Shown: piece by piece, positions 10,563 to 19,602 of the stretch
Layout of the letters: every line of letters starts with the position of its first letter
Position numbering within the stretch: the first letter of the stretch is position 1
NCBI GenBank assembly: GCA_937863565.1
Contig: CALMGJ010000011.1
Span: forward strand, 1 to 64,000
DNA: 64,000 bases
Reading direction: 5' to 3'
Source: an uncultured bacterium
GTDB lineage: Bacteria > AUK180
Notes under the pieces: model-generated
The model's input: only the letters and a program-made list of their open reading frames with translations
Database searches by the model: none
Told to the model about the DNA's origin: nothing
Program-made: the position numbers and the translations under genes

Positions 10563-11539
10563 GAATGGGAACCGCTGGTAGAGGAAGAGTTCAGAACGGA
10601 CATCAGCATCATTCTGAATTTTTTTTCCGTAAGGCGGCCAATGCGTATAGTCCCCTCCGAATCGGCGCCTTTTATGGCATGTTCGCATTTTCTCTCATAG
10701 GAAAGATTGATCCCCCGGATGCCGAGAATCTTCGCTATCATATTGAAGTGCAGCCGCATGCCGATGGAAATATCGCACATCGATAGCACATTAAAAGCGT
10801 TCTCCGGATCGAATTTGATCAAAAAACAATTGCCGGAAACATACCGTCTAAGGCGGTTCAGGATCTTTTCATCCTCCGGAGCGAATGGGATAAGAAGGAA
10901 AGTGTATTTCGGGTCCCCTTTGAATTCCGACAGAACGGAACCCAGAATCTTCACCGCGTGTTTTACATTGTGCCACGGTCTGAGATTTATCCCGATCACA
11001 ATCCCGCTCTCTTTTTTTCCCGGAATTCCGGTGTATTCATCTTTGATCTCGTAGAGCGTATCCCGTGAAAGCATTGCTTTTGTCTTCATCCATTTCCCGG
11101 CCATTTCATAAGAATACCCGTCTCTAACGCTCAGGAAACTGCAGTAATCGAGTATCTTGAACGTAATGAGGCGGTTGAGATAGTTCACGAAAGGTCCCAG
11201 GCCGATATTCTGAAGTTTTACAGGCACGAGAAGAAGTCTGGCTATCACAATAAGCAGAATGTAATAGTAAAGAGAACGCTTGGATGTAATGTCCTGAAAG
11301 ATGCCTCCTCCGGGGAAGATCATTTCCTTCGAGCCGAGAAGATAAGAAATGAACGAAAGCGGATCGTATTTGTAGAAACAGTGCACGCCGTATTTTTGTC
11401 TGTGAAGCCAGGGATCGGCGGTCAGGATAACGATATTTGCGCCTTCGCTTTTGAGTCTTTTCACGGTTCCGTCAAGTATGAGCTCGTCGCCGACATTACC
11501 GCTTCCGAAATAACCGCATAGCATGGTGTATGATCTCAT
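10559..11539 (-). CDS. csaB: Polysaccharide pyruvyltransferase CsaB family
   Basis: GYFGSGNVGDE, GGGIFQDITS..SL.YY, SVRD and GMRLH motifs. Confidence 0.88.
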   Translation of the reverse strand: MRSYTMLCGYFGSGNVGDELILDGTVKRLKSEGANIVILTADPWLHRQKYGVHCFYKYDPLSFISYLLGSKEMIFPGGGIFQDITSKRSLYYYILLIVIARLLLVPVKLQNIGLGPFVNYLNRLITFKILDYCSFLSVRDGYSYEMAGKWMKTKAMLSRDTLYEIKDEYTGIPGKKESGIVIGINLRPWHNVKHAVKILGSVLSEFKGDPKYTFLLIPFAPEDEKILNRLRRYVSGNCFLIKFDPENAFNVLSMCDISIGMRLHFNMIAKILGIRGINLSYERKCEHAIKGADSEGTIRIGRLTEKKFRMMLMSVLNSSSTSGSHS

Positions 11540-12912
11540 CCCTTTCTTAACCCTCTCTTACTTATCATGCCTTCAAGGAGCAGCAGAAGATACCCTATGG
11601 CGGTCCCGAGGAGCAAACCCAGAATAGAGACGGCCACATTGACATAGAGCGGATGCGACAGGTGCTGAAAAGTGTTAAGGACGGAGATATATGAGACCAT
11701 CCCGACGGGCAGCAATATGATCCATCTGATATCGGTCTTCATTTTCTTCAATGCCAGGATTAGAACGGGATACCCGATTACAAATTCCTTGAAGCGGGGA
11801 CGGAAATAGAACGTCCTTTCGAGGCCTTCGCGGATAAAGCCTTCTGTCTTCGAGTACAGTATTCGGCCATTACCCGTTTTCAGGATGATCAGAAAAAGAA
11901 AAACAATGGCAAGGCCGGCAAAGAATACGCCAAACTCCTTCAAAGAGCGCTTTTCAAGGTACAGTATGCCGGCCGCTTGAATGAGCGAAGCGATAAAGGG
12001 AATGATGAACCCTATTTTGATCCCTCTGTATCTCAGGATATAACTCTGATATTCGATCGATGAAAATAACGCCGTACAGCCGATCCCAAGCACGGCGATA
12101 AGAAGGAAAGCCCTTAAATGATCGAGGCGGCCGTTGATAAGCGCGCTCTGGATGCCGAATATCGTCGCTGTATTAAGGGATAGAAGATATAAAAACAAAA
12201 ACCATCTCTCGCGGGCGGCATATGAAAAAATAAGATAAACGGACATAAGAAGGCAGGTCCAGACGGGTACGCCGATATTTTTCACGCGTTTATTTATGAT
12301 AAAAGCCGCAAGAATGAACGATATGAACAAAATGAGTTTGCCGAGCATCCCGCTGCTGAAGTACCGTACGGGTTCCACTTTTAAAGAAATCTTCCTTTTA
12401 AGCAGCGGGTCGATCCTGGTCTTGAGATAAGAGCGCCCGGCGGGAAGGATGAAGACCCTGATGCCCCTTTCCACGGCGGCTCGACGGAAACGCCTGGATA
12501 TTTCCGTATCGTTCAGTTTTAGCGCCTCGTCCTGAGGCACTTCATGCGCACGAACGATCTTCAGCCCGGCATAGTATGCGGGGATTTCGCCATGATCCGG
12601 GAGTCTCAGGTTTTCGGGGATGATCACGGGCAGCCCGAAGAGCTCAAGTTTTTCAAAATACGCTTTCGGATTGCTCTTGATCTCCGCTTCCGTTATCAAT
12701 ACGGCCTCTATTTGGGATATCTTCCGCTCCTTAAGAAGGCGCGAGATACTAACCGTTCTTTCTCCGCAGGCAATGTTCCGGTATGTTCCGCTGTCCACCG
12801 TTTCAAGATAAGTGATATCCAGGGCTTTGAGTTCGGATCCTATGCGGAACACGGAAAAAAAACCGATCAGGATCAAAAGCGCAATAAGGTATAGTGCTGA
12901 ATCTCTACCCAT
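11536..12912 (-). CDS. DUF5693-like membrane protein (CsaB-associated)
   Basis: RAAVERGIR, YRGIK, RPRFKEFVIGYP and NTFQHLSHP motifs. Adjacent to csaB. Confidence 0.7.
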   Translation of the reverse strand: MGRDSALYLIALLILIGFFSVFRIGSELKALDITYLETVDSGTYRNIACGERTVSISRLLKERKISQIEAVLITEAEIKSNPKAYFEKLELFGLPVIIPENLRLPDHGEIPAYYAGLKIVRAHEVPQDEALKLNDTEISRRFRRAAVERGIRVFILPAGRSYLKTRIDPLLKRKISLKVEPVRYFSSGMLGKLILFISFILAAFIINKRVKNIGVPVWTCLLMSVYLIFSYAARERWFLFLYLLSLNTATIFGIQSALINGRLDHLRAFLLIAVLGIGCTALFSSIEYQSYILRYRGIKIGFIIPFIASLIQAAGILYLEKRSLKEFGVFFAGLAIVFLFLIILKTGNGRILYSKTEGFIREGLERTFYFRPRFKEFVIGYPVLILALKKMKTDIRWIILLPVGMVSYISVLNTFQHLSHPLYVNVAVSILGLLLGTAIGYLLLLLEGMISKRGLRKG

Positions 12913-13753
12913 CCTCCTGTTCCATTCTCTTCAAGATGCGTTTTCTTCGTATTCTATAAAAAATATAGGAAATTATCAATAGTAGGGCCCCAAGAACGAA
13001 TAGCGCATTCATATCTATAAGCGACAGTATATTGACATCAGCTCTTAGCCTGTCATAAAATAAAGAATACTCGCCGGAAATATCATTCCCGAACATAAGG
13101 CCGAAAGATCTTCTCCAGTCCTCTGCCGACCGGAGACTTCTTATATAGTTCAGAATACGCCGTTTTCCGTATTTGGCGGCAAGATAAGCGATGAAGGCAT
13201 GGGCAAGCTGATAAGACATCGCATCGGAGTAGAACTCGCTTCGCGACATCTCCAGAAGACCGCTCTTCTTCCGTAACAGAAGCATGAACCTGAACATATT
13301 ATTATCCGAGTAATTCTGGCCGAGATACTGCACCATGCCTTCGTCGAGCCAGATGGGAATGTCCGGGCCCGCAAGATCATTTAGAAGCACATGACCTATC
13401 TCATGGTAGACGAGATTGTCAAGGCTATTGAAAGGGGAGAGCCCGAGTTTCACGGGAACAAGCACAGTGATGTTCCTTTCCGCAGGTACGGCAAATGCGG
13501 AAGTATTCTCGAAACCGGCGGCCTTGTCCCCCTTTTCCCTCTTTCTGAAAAGGACCTTCACCGGCGAAGGCGCCGTTATTCCGAGTTCTTCGGCAAGAGA
13601 AATGGCATAATCGTTCCAAGCCATCAGCTGGGCGTTTTTTATTTCGATGGGCGCGGACTTCTCCATTTCAATGATGCCGTAGCGGACCAAGGTCTCCGGC
13701 CTGCATAATACGCCGAATAAAAAAAGGACCAGTACGATCGAATGTTTAAACAA
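12905..13753 (-). CDS. Peptidase MA family zinc metallopeptidase, membrane anchored
   Basis: Signal peptide, HEIGH zinc motif, PIWLDEG, and a C-terminal TM helix. Confidence 0.8.
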   Translation of the reverse strand: MFKHSIVLVLFLFGVLCRPETLVRYGIIEMEKSAPIEIKNAQLMAWNDYAISLAEELGITAPSPVKVLFRKREKGDKAAGFENTSAFAVPAERNITVLVPVKLGLSPFNSLDNLVYHEIGHVLLNDLAGPDIPIWLDEGMVQYLGQNYSDNNMFRFMLLLRKKSGLLEMSRSEFYSDAMSYQLAHAFIAYLAAKYGKRRILNYIRSLRSAEDWRRSFGLMFGNDISGEYSLFYDRLRADVNILSLIDMNALFVLGALLLIISYIFYRIRRKRILKRMEQEDG

Positions 13754-13870
13754 TCCTTCTCCCGTTTTTCATATAAAGCGTTTCATTTTTACTGCGGATA
13801 TTACGGTTTATTCTAAGGATATTCCGTTTGATCCTTTGCCGGTACTACTCTTCTTTTCGTGTCAAAGGGC

Positions 13871-14638
13871 TCATTTGATCTTTTGCCAATATTTTTCCTG
13901 TTCTTCGATAGTCATCCTCGAAAGCTCCTTCCCGTCCTTTTTCACTGCTCTTTCCATCTTTTTGAACCTTGACAGGAATTTTCCGTTCGCTTTTTGAAGG
14001 GCCTCTTCCGATTCGATACCAAGATGGCGCGCGACATTGACAAAAGTGAACAGCATATCCCCGTATTCTTCTATGATCTTTTCTTTTTTCTTCGACCGTA
14101 CGGCCCTGCGGAATTCGGCCGCTTCTTCATCTATCTTTTCAGCAGCGGATTCCGGACCGGTCCAATCGAATCCGATGCGCGAAGCCTTCTCCTGCATGCG
14201 GAAAGCTTTTAAAAGCGCCGGCAGTGAGGCGGGCACTCCCGCGAGCGCAGAACGCCCGTCTTTTTCCCGGTTCTTGAGCCGCTCCCAGTTTTTCAGCACA
14301 TCTCCCTCACCCTTCACCTTGATCGCGCCGAATACGTGCGGATGCCGTCTAATGAGTTTTTCATTTACTCCGGAGATGACATCGGCATCTTTTATCTTAT
14401 ATTCCTTTTCTGCAAGTTCCATCATGAAAATGGCAAGAAAGAAAAGGTCTCCGAGCTCTTCTTTTATCCCGTCTCGGTCTTTTTTCTTGACCTCCTCCAC
14501 AAGTTCATAACATTCCTCGATTATATGCTTCGCCATGCTTGAAAGCGTCTGTTTTCTGTCCCACGGGCATCCCTTTTTCCCGAGAAGGCGTTTTATCGTT
14601 GAGACAAGCTCATCTAAGGGTTCTTTTTTCGATCTCAT
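13871..14638 (-). CDS. mazG: Nucleoside triphosphate pyrophosphohydrolase MazG (tandem domain)
   Basis: GCPWDRKQT, EELGDL, KLIRRHPHVF, GFDW and EEYGDMLF motifs. Confidence 0.95.
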   Translation of the reverse strand: MRSKKEPLDELVSTIKRLLGKKGCPWDRKQTLSSMAKHIIEECYELVEEVKKKDRDGIKEELGDLFFLAIFMMELAEKEYKIKDADVISGVNEKLIRRHPHVFGAIKVKGEGDVLKNWERLKNREKDGRSALAGVPASLPALLKAFRMQEKASRIGFDWTGPESAAEKIDEEAAEFRRAVRSKKKEKIIEEYGDMLFTFVNVARHLGIESEEALQKANGKFLSRFKKMERAVKKDGKELSRMTIEEQEKYWQKIK

Positions 14639-17063
14639 TTATCAGCTCCTTCCATTCGGGATATTTCGCATGCAGCTCTTCCTTCTGCAGGCCTCTCTTC
14701 TCTATGTATGAGGATATCTTCCTGACAGGAAGTGGAGCAGGCAGCATTTCTATTTCATAATAGCACGAAGAGGCGATAAGGTCGGCATAAACCGTGTTCA
14801 GCCGGGACGGGTCGGTCGTTCCTGAAATGATGCGTTTAAGTATGGCAAGCGCTTCCGCGTGCGCCGAGTTCTTAGCAAGAAAAACGGCTTTTTTAAAATA
14901 CAGCTCGGCGGAATTCGGGACTATTTTTAGAAATTCATTAATGTATTCTATCTCGAACCTGCTTCCCATTCTCGCGCAGACCGAAATGAGATTATTCAAT
15001 ATCAGTTTCTTCTCGCCGATATTGCCCATCTGCTCTGCCGTTTCCAGAGCGCTCTGGAAACCGGTGAGCGAACCGTGAAGATCTCCGCTTTTATATCTTA
15101 AGAAAGCCCTCTGCTTTTGTGTGTAAAGTCTGGCCTTTAGTATCTCTGCCGCAAGCTTTTCCTTTCTCTCCCCCTCGATATAGATAAGGGAGGACTCAAG
15201 AAGTTCAACGCTTTTCTCTACTCTTGAAAGCAGTTCTCCGAACGGCGGATCAAGGATATCCTTCAGGGCAGAGGTCACCTCGGTAAGCTGTATCAGGGCA
15301 GGAAGATTGAACGGTTCTATTTCTAAGGCGCTTTTCAGGTATTCCTCGGCAAGGCCGAGCTGTCCCAATTTGGTATAGCCGACACCGATATTGTACCGTA
15401 TTTCATAGTAGGCAGGTTTTAGTGCGTCGGCCGCTTTAAGATGGGATATGCCTGTTTCAATGAGTTCCCCAGAGCGGTTGTCCGGCGTTTTTTTCTGGGC
15501 CAGCATCAGAAAATCATTGCCGAGCTGATAGTGAGCATGCACCGAACGGGAATCCCATTTCAGCGACATTTCGAGCTCTCCGATCGACCGCATTATCGCA
15601 TCTTCGTTCATATCTTTCGCATTGAGCTGATAAAGACCCGCACCCCTGGAAAGGTGAAATGAGCCCTTGAGGTTTTGCACTCTTATGAAAAGGATGAGCG
15701 CGATAAAAGCGGCAAAAAGCGCCAATACTTTTCTTGGAACTCTGAAGGAAGAACGTATACCGGATGTGAAAATACCCAAAGAGACGGCGAACAATGAGAG
15801 CGCGGGTTCATAATTCAGGACCACGGATATCAGATTATCCGCATACATCAGTATGAACATGAAAAGGAACGCTTCCTTAAGCGGTTCCGGTTTTTCCCGG
15901 CGCGCCAAGAACACGGCGCACAGGAAAATGAAGATGTACCATAAGAATCCGGGGACCGATCCGTTGATCGCCCATTCGAGCGCCTGATTGTGCGGATGCC
16001 TTGCATGAGTGGAGAGATTGACGAGATGTTCGTCATTCAGGAACCGGGCCTGGTATTCGGGGTAGAACATCCTGAATCCGGCATATCCGAGACCGAGTGG
16101 TTTTTCCTTTACTATGGAGAGCGCGGTTTTCCACATGAGGCTCCGCTGGCCGACCGAGCCGCTCTGCTCCTTCAACTGACGCGGTATATTGAGAAGCCTT
16201 TTTGATGTAGAGGGTATTACAAGGGCGGTGACGGCCATCGCCGCAAGGAAAGCGAGCAGAGCGTATTTTTTCCTGTAGAGGATGAATAGGAATGCGGTAA
16301 GAGCGAAAGCAAGGAGCACTCCTCTCGTTCCGCTGCCGATAATTGAAAGAAATTCAATAAGAAAGGCGGCAAGAAGAAGCGGAGACCTTTTTGTCATGTA
16401 TGTGTAAAATGTCAATCCCATTATCCCCAGCATATACCCCGAGTAGAAGTTCGGATTCCCCAGCGTGCCGACTATCCTTTGGGAAAAAGGTTCCGAATAT
16501 TTCCGCGCAGGCATAAGCGGATCAAGGCCGGCCCATTGCATGAGACCCCATAGCGCAAGGATCACGCCGGAGTACATTAAAAAACCGGCGAAACGTTCTT
16601 TATCGCGTATATTCTTAGCAAAAAAATAAATGCATACGAAGCCCTGGAAATGTATGACGAATTCGGCGAAGCGGTCTGACAAATGACCGTTCAGGGAGAA
16701 CAGGCACGTCAGAAAGACGCCTGAGACGATCACGATATCGAATAATGAAAAACGCAGCTCTTTCTTTTTTGTCAGATATGACGCAAAAAGGGCCAAGAGA
16801 AAAACGCTGAACACCACTTCTTTCACAAGATACGGATTATATGTCGCGAACCAGAAGAAAAAACCCAATGAAGCAAGGGCGGCGGCTAAAATCCGGTCCG
16901 CCGTATCCTTGAGAAATATTCCGGCGGGGATGCAAAAGAGAAAGAAGAAGAGCGCCGTGATTAGAGGAAGCCGGCCCAGGCCGGGGATCAAGAACGCAAG
17001 AAGGAGAAGAAGGCCCGAAAGAAGCGCAGCAAAGAGCGTCGTCGTTCTGTTAAATAAGCGCAT
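14610..17063 (-). CDS. O-antigen ligase/O-oligosaccharyltransferase (Wzy_C) family membrane protein with C-terminal TPR-like repeats
   Basis: Many TM helices with GTLGNPN, SGTRG, R..MWK.AL...KEKPLGLG and HPHN motifs. TPR-like helices follow (AHYQLGNDF, IRYNIGVGY...ALEIEP). Confidence 0.82.
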   Translation of the reverse strand: MRLFNRTTTLFAALLSGLLLLLAFLIPGLGRLPLITALFFFLFCIPAGIFLKDTADRILAAALASLGFFFWFATYNPYLVKEVVFSVFLLALFASYLTKKKELRFSLFDIVIVSGVFLTCLFSLNGHLSDRFAEFVIHFQGFVCIYFFAKNIRDKERFAGFLMYSGVILALWGLMQWAGLDPLMPARKYSEPFSQRIVGTLGNPNFYSGYMLGIMGLTFYTYMTKRSPLLLAAFLIEFLSIIGSGTRGVLLAFALTAFLFILYRKKYALLAFLAAMAVTALVIPSTSKRLLNIPRQLKEQSGSVGQRSLMWKTALSIVKEKPLGLGYAGFRMFYPEYQARFLNDEHLVNLSTHARHPHNQALEWAINGSVPGFLWYIFIFLCAVFLARREKPEPLKEAFLFMFILMYADNLISVVLNYEPALSLFAVSLGIFTSGIRSSFRVPRKVLALFAAFIALILFIRVQNLKGSFHLSRGAGLYQLNAKDMNEDAIMRSIGELEMSLKWDSRSVHAHYQLGNDFLMLAQKKTPDNRSGELIETGISHLKAADALKPAYYEIRYNIGVGYTKLGQLGLAEEYLKSALEIEPFNLPALIQLTEVTSALKDILDPPFGELLSRVEKSVELLESSLIYIEGERKEKLAAEILKARLYTQKQRAFLRYKSGDLHGSLTGFQSALETAEQMGNIGEKKLILNNLISVCARMGSRFEIEYINEFLKIVPNSAELYFKKAVFLAKNSAHAEALAILKRIISGTTDPSRLNTVYADLIASSCYYEIEMLPAPLPVRKISSYIEKRGLQKEELHAKYPEWKELINEIEKRTLR

Positions 17064-17892
17064 CGAGATATTCGCCCTTTTTGAGAACCGCGGAAAATGC
17101 GGGGAGTCCCGACAACTTTTCGATGATATCCATCTGAGACCTTACAGCGGGAGGGCTCACCGGGATGAGTGAATAGGATAGAATCCTCTTGAAGACCTCT
17201 CTGGCAGGGATGTCTGTCACTGTACTGCTTTTTCCGAAACCGTCAAGAAAATAAAGTGCTTTAATTCGCTTTTTCTCCGAGCAGTACATGTCCCTGCTCA
17301 AGACGCGGTCCACGGGGAGGGCCGCTTTTTCTCCCTCCGTGCCCGGGACCTCCCCCGGGAATAATTCTAAAAGCGCATCTTTTTTCAAATGCAGCGGTTT
17401 AAGAAAAGGGTGGGCAAAAAGATCGCTGTCAATAACGGCGGTGTCGTCTCCGAGAAGAGGTCTTCCCCGCAGAGCAAGGCGGACCGCATTTGAACTTTTT
17501 CCGCTGCCGCTGTTTCCGAAAACAAGCACCGCATCTCCGCCTTCGGCATTGGCGCCGGCATGCGCGGTGAAATATCCGAATATCCTGAGCGAAATCTCGA
17601 ATATCGGGGTCATGATGAACTGATGAAAATAGCTCTGATCCCAGTTCTCATTCATATTGCCCGCGAAAGAAACCCGCCTTTCGGATCTTTCTATCATCAC
17701 ATAGAATATCCCGTCAAGCAGCAAGTAGATTTCATTCCCCTGATGCCATATCTTGAGCTTCCGCTCTTCATGGGATGGGACCAGGCCTTTCATATCCGGA
17801 TAGTAGCCCAGATCGAGGTTTTTCGTATCGAAGAACCTGATAAATATTTCCCGGCCTTCCGGTTCACTGTTCTTTTCTGGGAAAAACGACAA
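17050..17892 (-). CDS. HPr-kinase-related P-loop kinase (type found in RiPP/lasso clusters)
   Basis: AHAGA...VLVFGNSGSGKS...LLGDD motifs. The start is uncertain: TTG at 17892, or ATG at 17981 across a homopolymer frameshift. Confidence 0.8.
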   Translation of the reverse strand: MSFFPEKNSEPEGREIFIRFFDTKNLDLGYYPDMKGLVPSHEERKLKIWHQGNEIYLLLDGIFYVMIERSERRVSFAGNMNENWDQSYFHQFIMTPIFEISLRIFGYFTAHAGANAEGGDAVLVFGNSGSGKSSNAVRLALRGRPLLGDDTAVIDSDLFAHPFLKPLHLKKDALLELFPGEVPGTEGEKAALPVDRVLSRDMYCSEKKRIKALYFLDGFGKSSTVTDIPAREVFKRILSYSLIPVSPPAVRSQMDIIEKLSGLPAFSAVLKKGEYLDALI

Positions 17893-17939
17893 GATCCACT
17901 CTTTGACAAGAGCAGATCCGGAGAAATAATTGATTGCTG

Positions 17940-17972
17940 AAAAACTCAGCGGTTTCTTAAAAAAAAACCGCT
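17940..17972 (-). terminator. possible hairpin/terminator after the precursor gene
   Basis: AGCGGTTT-loop-AAACCGCT followed by GAGTTTTT on the minus strand. It could alternatively be coding sequence of the kinase N-terminus. Confidence 0.35.
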
Positions 17973-18024
17973 ATCCGACATTTGTTCAAGTATAAGGAAA
18001 GTTTCCTTGATACCTGCGCTCACC

Positions 18025-18180
18025 TTAGCCCTTGATCGCGGGGGGTTCGCCTGTGCACCTGGTAAGGGTACAGTCAGCCGAATTTGACGTACCTTCGAGT
18101 GCAACGGTTGCTGTCGTTGACTCTCTTACTTTATTGTACTTTATCAGTACGGGTTTTTGGTACTTCTTTCGAATATTCAT
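18025..18180 (-). CDS. RiPP precursor peptide, 51 aa: MNIRKKYQKPVLIKYNKVRESTTATVALEGTSNSADCTLTRCTGEPPAIKG
   Basis: Translated by hand. GGAGG SD lies 6 nt upstream. The leader has a lasso-type YxxPxL motif with Thr at Y+15. The gene sits between the rSAM and kinase genes, near the RRE and B2 protease. Confidence 0.88.
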   Translation of the reverse strand: MNIRKKYQKPVLIKYNKVRESTTATVALEGTSNSADCTLTRCTGEPPAIKG

Positions 18181-19210
18181 CCAAAACCTCCATTTTTATT
18201 TCCGTTAATCTGCATTTCTGCAGAGAGGGTGTGAACGGGTCTTTCATTTCCGCTTCGTTCATGCCCGGACAAACTCTGCAGTGATTTTTCAATCTGCATT
18301 TCATACATTTTACGAAATTATCATCATTGAAGTCAAGTATTTTTTGAAGATTTTTTGATTTTTCCCATAATTCCTTGAATTGCGTTGTTTTTAAGCTTCC
18401 CAGAGGCCGGCGCCAGACAATGCAGGGTAGAAGATCGCCGTTCGGTGCGATGGCAGCAGTAGATCTGCCGGCCGTGCACATGATGCGGGCATCCTTTTTC
18501 GGTTCCGCCTCAAATTCCGTCCAAAGGCTGTCCGAACCTGACATTTTTATCCGGAATCGTTCTGCGAATTTCACTTTATCTGAACTTGCAAGGTAATTCA
18601 GGGGACAGAAAGAACCCGAATCCGTGACGAAAAGTATCTCATCGAATGTGATCAGAAAACCGTTATCCCTGGCATACTTGTAGACCTTAGGGAGTTCCCA
18701 GGCATTGAAATCAAAGATCATATACTTCAGCCGGAGAGGAAGTCCGTGCTCTTTCATTAATCTGAACACTTCCATAAGTTTTCTGAAACTTCCGGGCACG
18801 CCCGTAACTTTGTCATGCGTTTCTTCTTTGATTCCGTAAATGCTGATATCGATATTCCGCAAACTGAGAGATTTCAATTTTCTTACGGAATTTTCATCAA
18901 GGATATAGCCGTTGGTGAAAACGGTCGTTGAGAACCTGAGATCTACGGCGGCGGCGAGAATTTCCCAGATATCCTTTCTCAGGAATATCTCTCCTCCAGT
19001 AAAAGCAAGTTCCAAGGTGCCGGCTTCCCTCAATTCCTTCAGTATACTGATCACCTTTTCCGTTCCGAGCTCCTCGGTATCCCTGATGTCCCTGACGCAG
19101 TGTATGCAGTTAAAATTACAGCGGTGAGTCAATTCGAAATTGATCGAAACAGGTATCCTATTATCGATTATCTTCTGTTGGATCTTTTTAAAATCGCCTG
19201 TTCCGCTCAT
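18131..19210 (-). CDS. Radical SAM/SPASM peptide maturase
   Basis: CNFNCIHC and FTGGE motifs. The SPASM domain reads C-x12-G-x4-C...CMKC-x5-C-x2-C...C (7 Cys). Confidence 0.93.
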   Translation of the reverse strand: MSGTGDFKKIQQKIIDNRIPVSINFELTHRCNFNCIHCVRDIRDTEELGTEKVISILKELREAGTLELAFTGGEIFLRKDIWEILAAAVDLRFSTTVFTNGYILDENSVRKLKSLSLRNIDISIYGIKEETHDKVTGVPGSFRKLMEVFRLMKEHGLPLRLKYMIFDFNAWELPKVYKYARDNGFLITFDEILFVTDSGSFCPLNYLASSDKVKFAERFRIKMSGSDSLWTEFEAEPKKDARIMCTAGRSTAAIAPNGDLLPCIVWRRPLGSLKTTQFKELWEKSKNLQKILDFNDDNFVKCMKCRLKNHCRVCPGMNEAEMKDPFTPSLQKCRLTEIKMEVLDEYSKEVPKTRTDKVQ

Positions 19211-19602
19211 CTGAACTCTCCCAATTTTTCGTATCTTTCGGCCGTGTTATCCGGCTCGAACATTATATGACTGCATTTTTCAAGCCACATATGCCCGGAT
19301 ATGCGTCCTTTCAACCTTTTTACGCCAAGAACAATATATATATCCGGATGGCGGTGTTTCAAATACGCATAACCGAGATAGGTATATCTTACACAGTTCC
19401 CGCAGAAAATGTTCATTCCGAACACCGTTTTGTACAGGATCCCGCTGATCGTCCTCATTATGTCTTCGTCGGAGAAACCGAAAAGGAGAACGGGTAATTT
19501 TTTTAAGGTCCGGACGATCCGTTTCGGTCCAAGATCGAAAAAGATCATTATCTCTATCAGTGTCAGCGTTAAGACCATTTCCAGTTTGAGTACCGTTCTC
19601 AC
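19207..19602 (-). CDS. Lasso peptide B2-type transglutaminase-like leader peptidase
   Basis: NCVRY...YIVLGVKR...GHMWLE: Cys/His catalytic motifs of the Transglut_core3 type. Confidence 0.85.
   Translation of the reverse strand: MRTVLKLEMVLTLTLIEIMIFFDLGPKRIVRTLKKLPVLLFGFSDEDIMRTISGILYKTVFGMNIFCGNCVRYTYLGYAYLKHRHPDIYIVLGVKRLKGRISGHMWLEKCSHIMFEPDNTAERYEKLGEFR

Noticed and set aside
18084-18284. 66-aa plus-strand ORF over the rSAM end
   Set aside because: It is antisense. The minus-strand 51-aa ORF with an SD and leader motif explains the region better.
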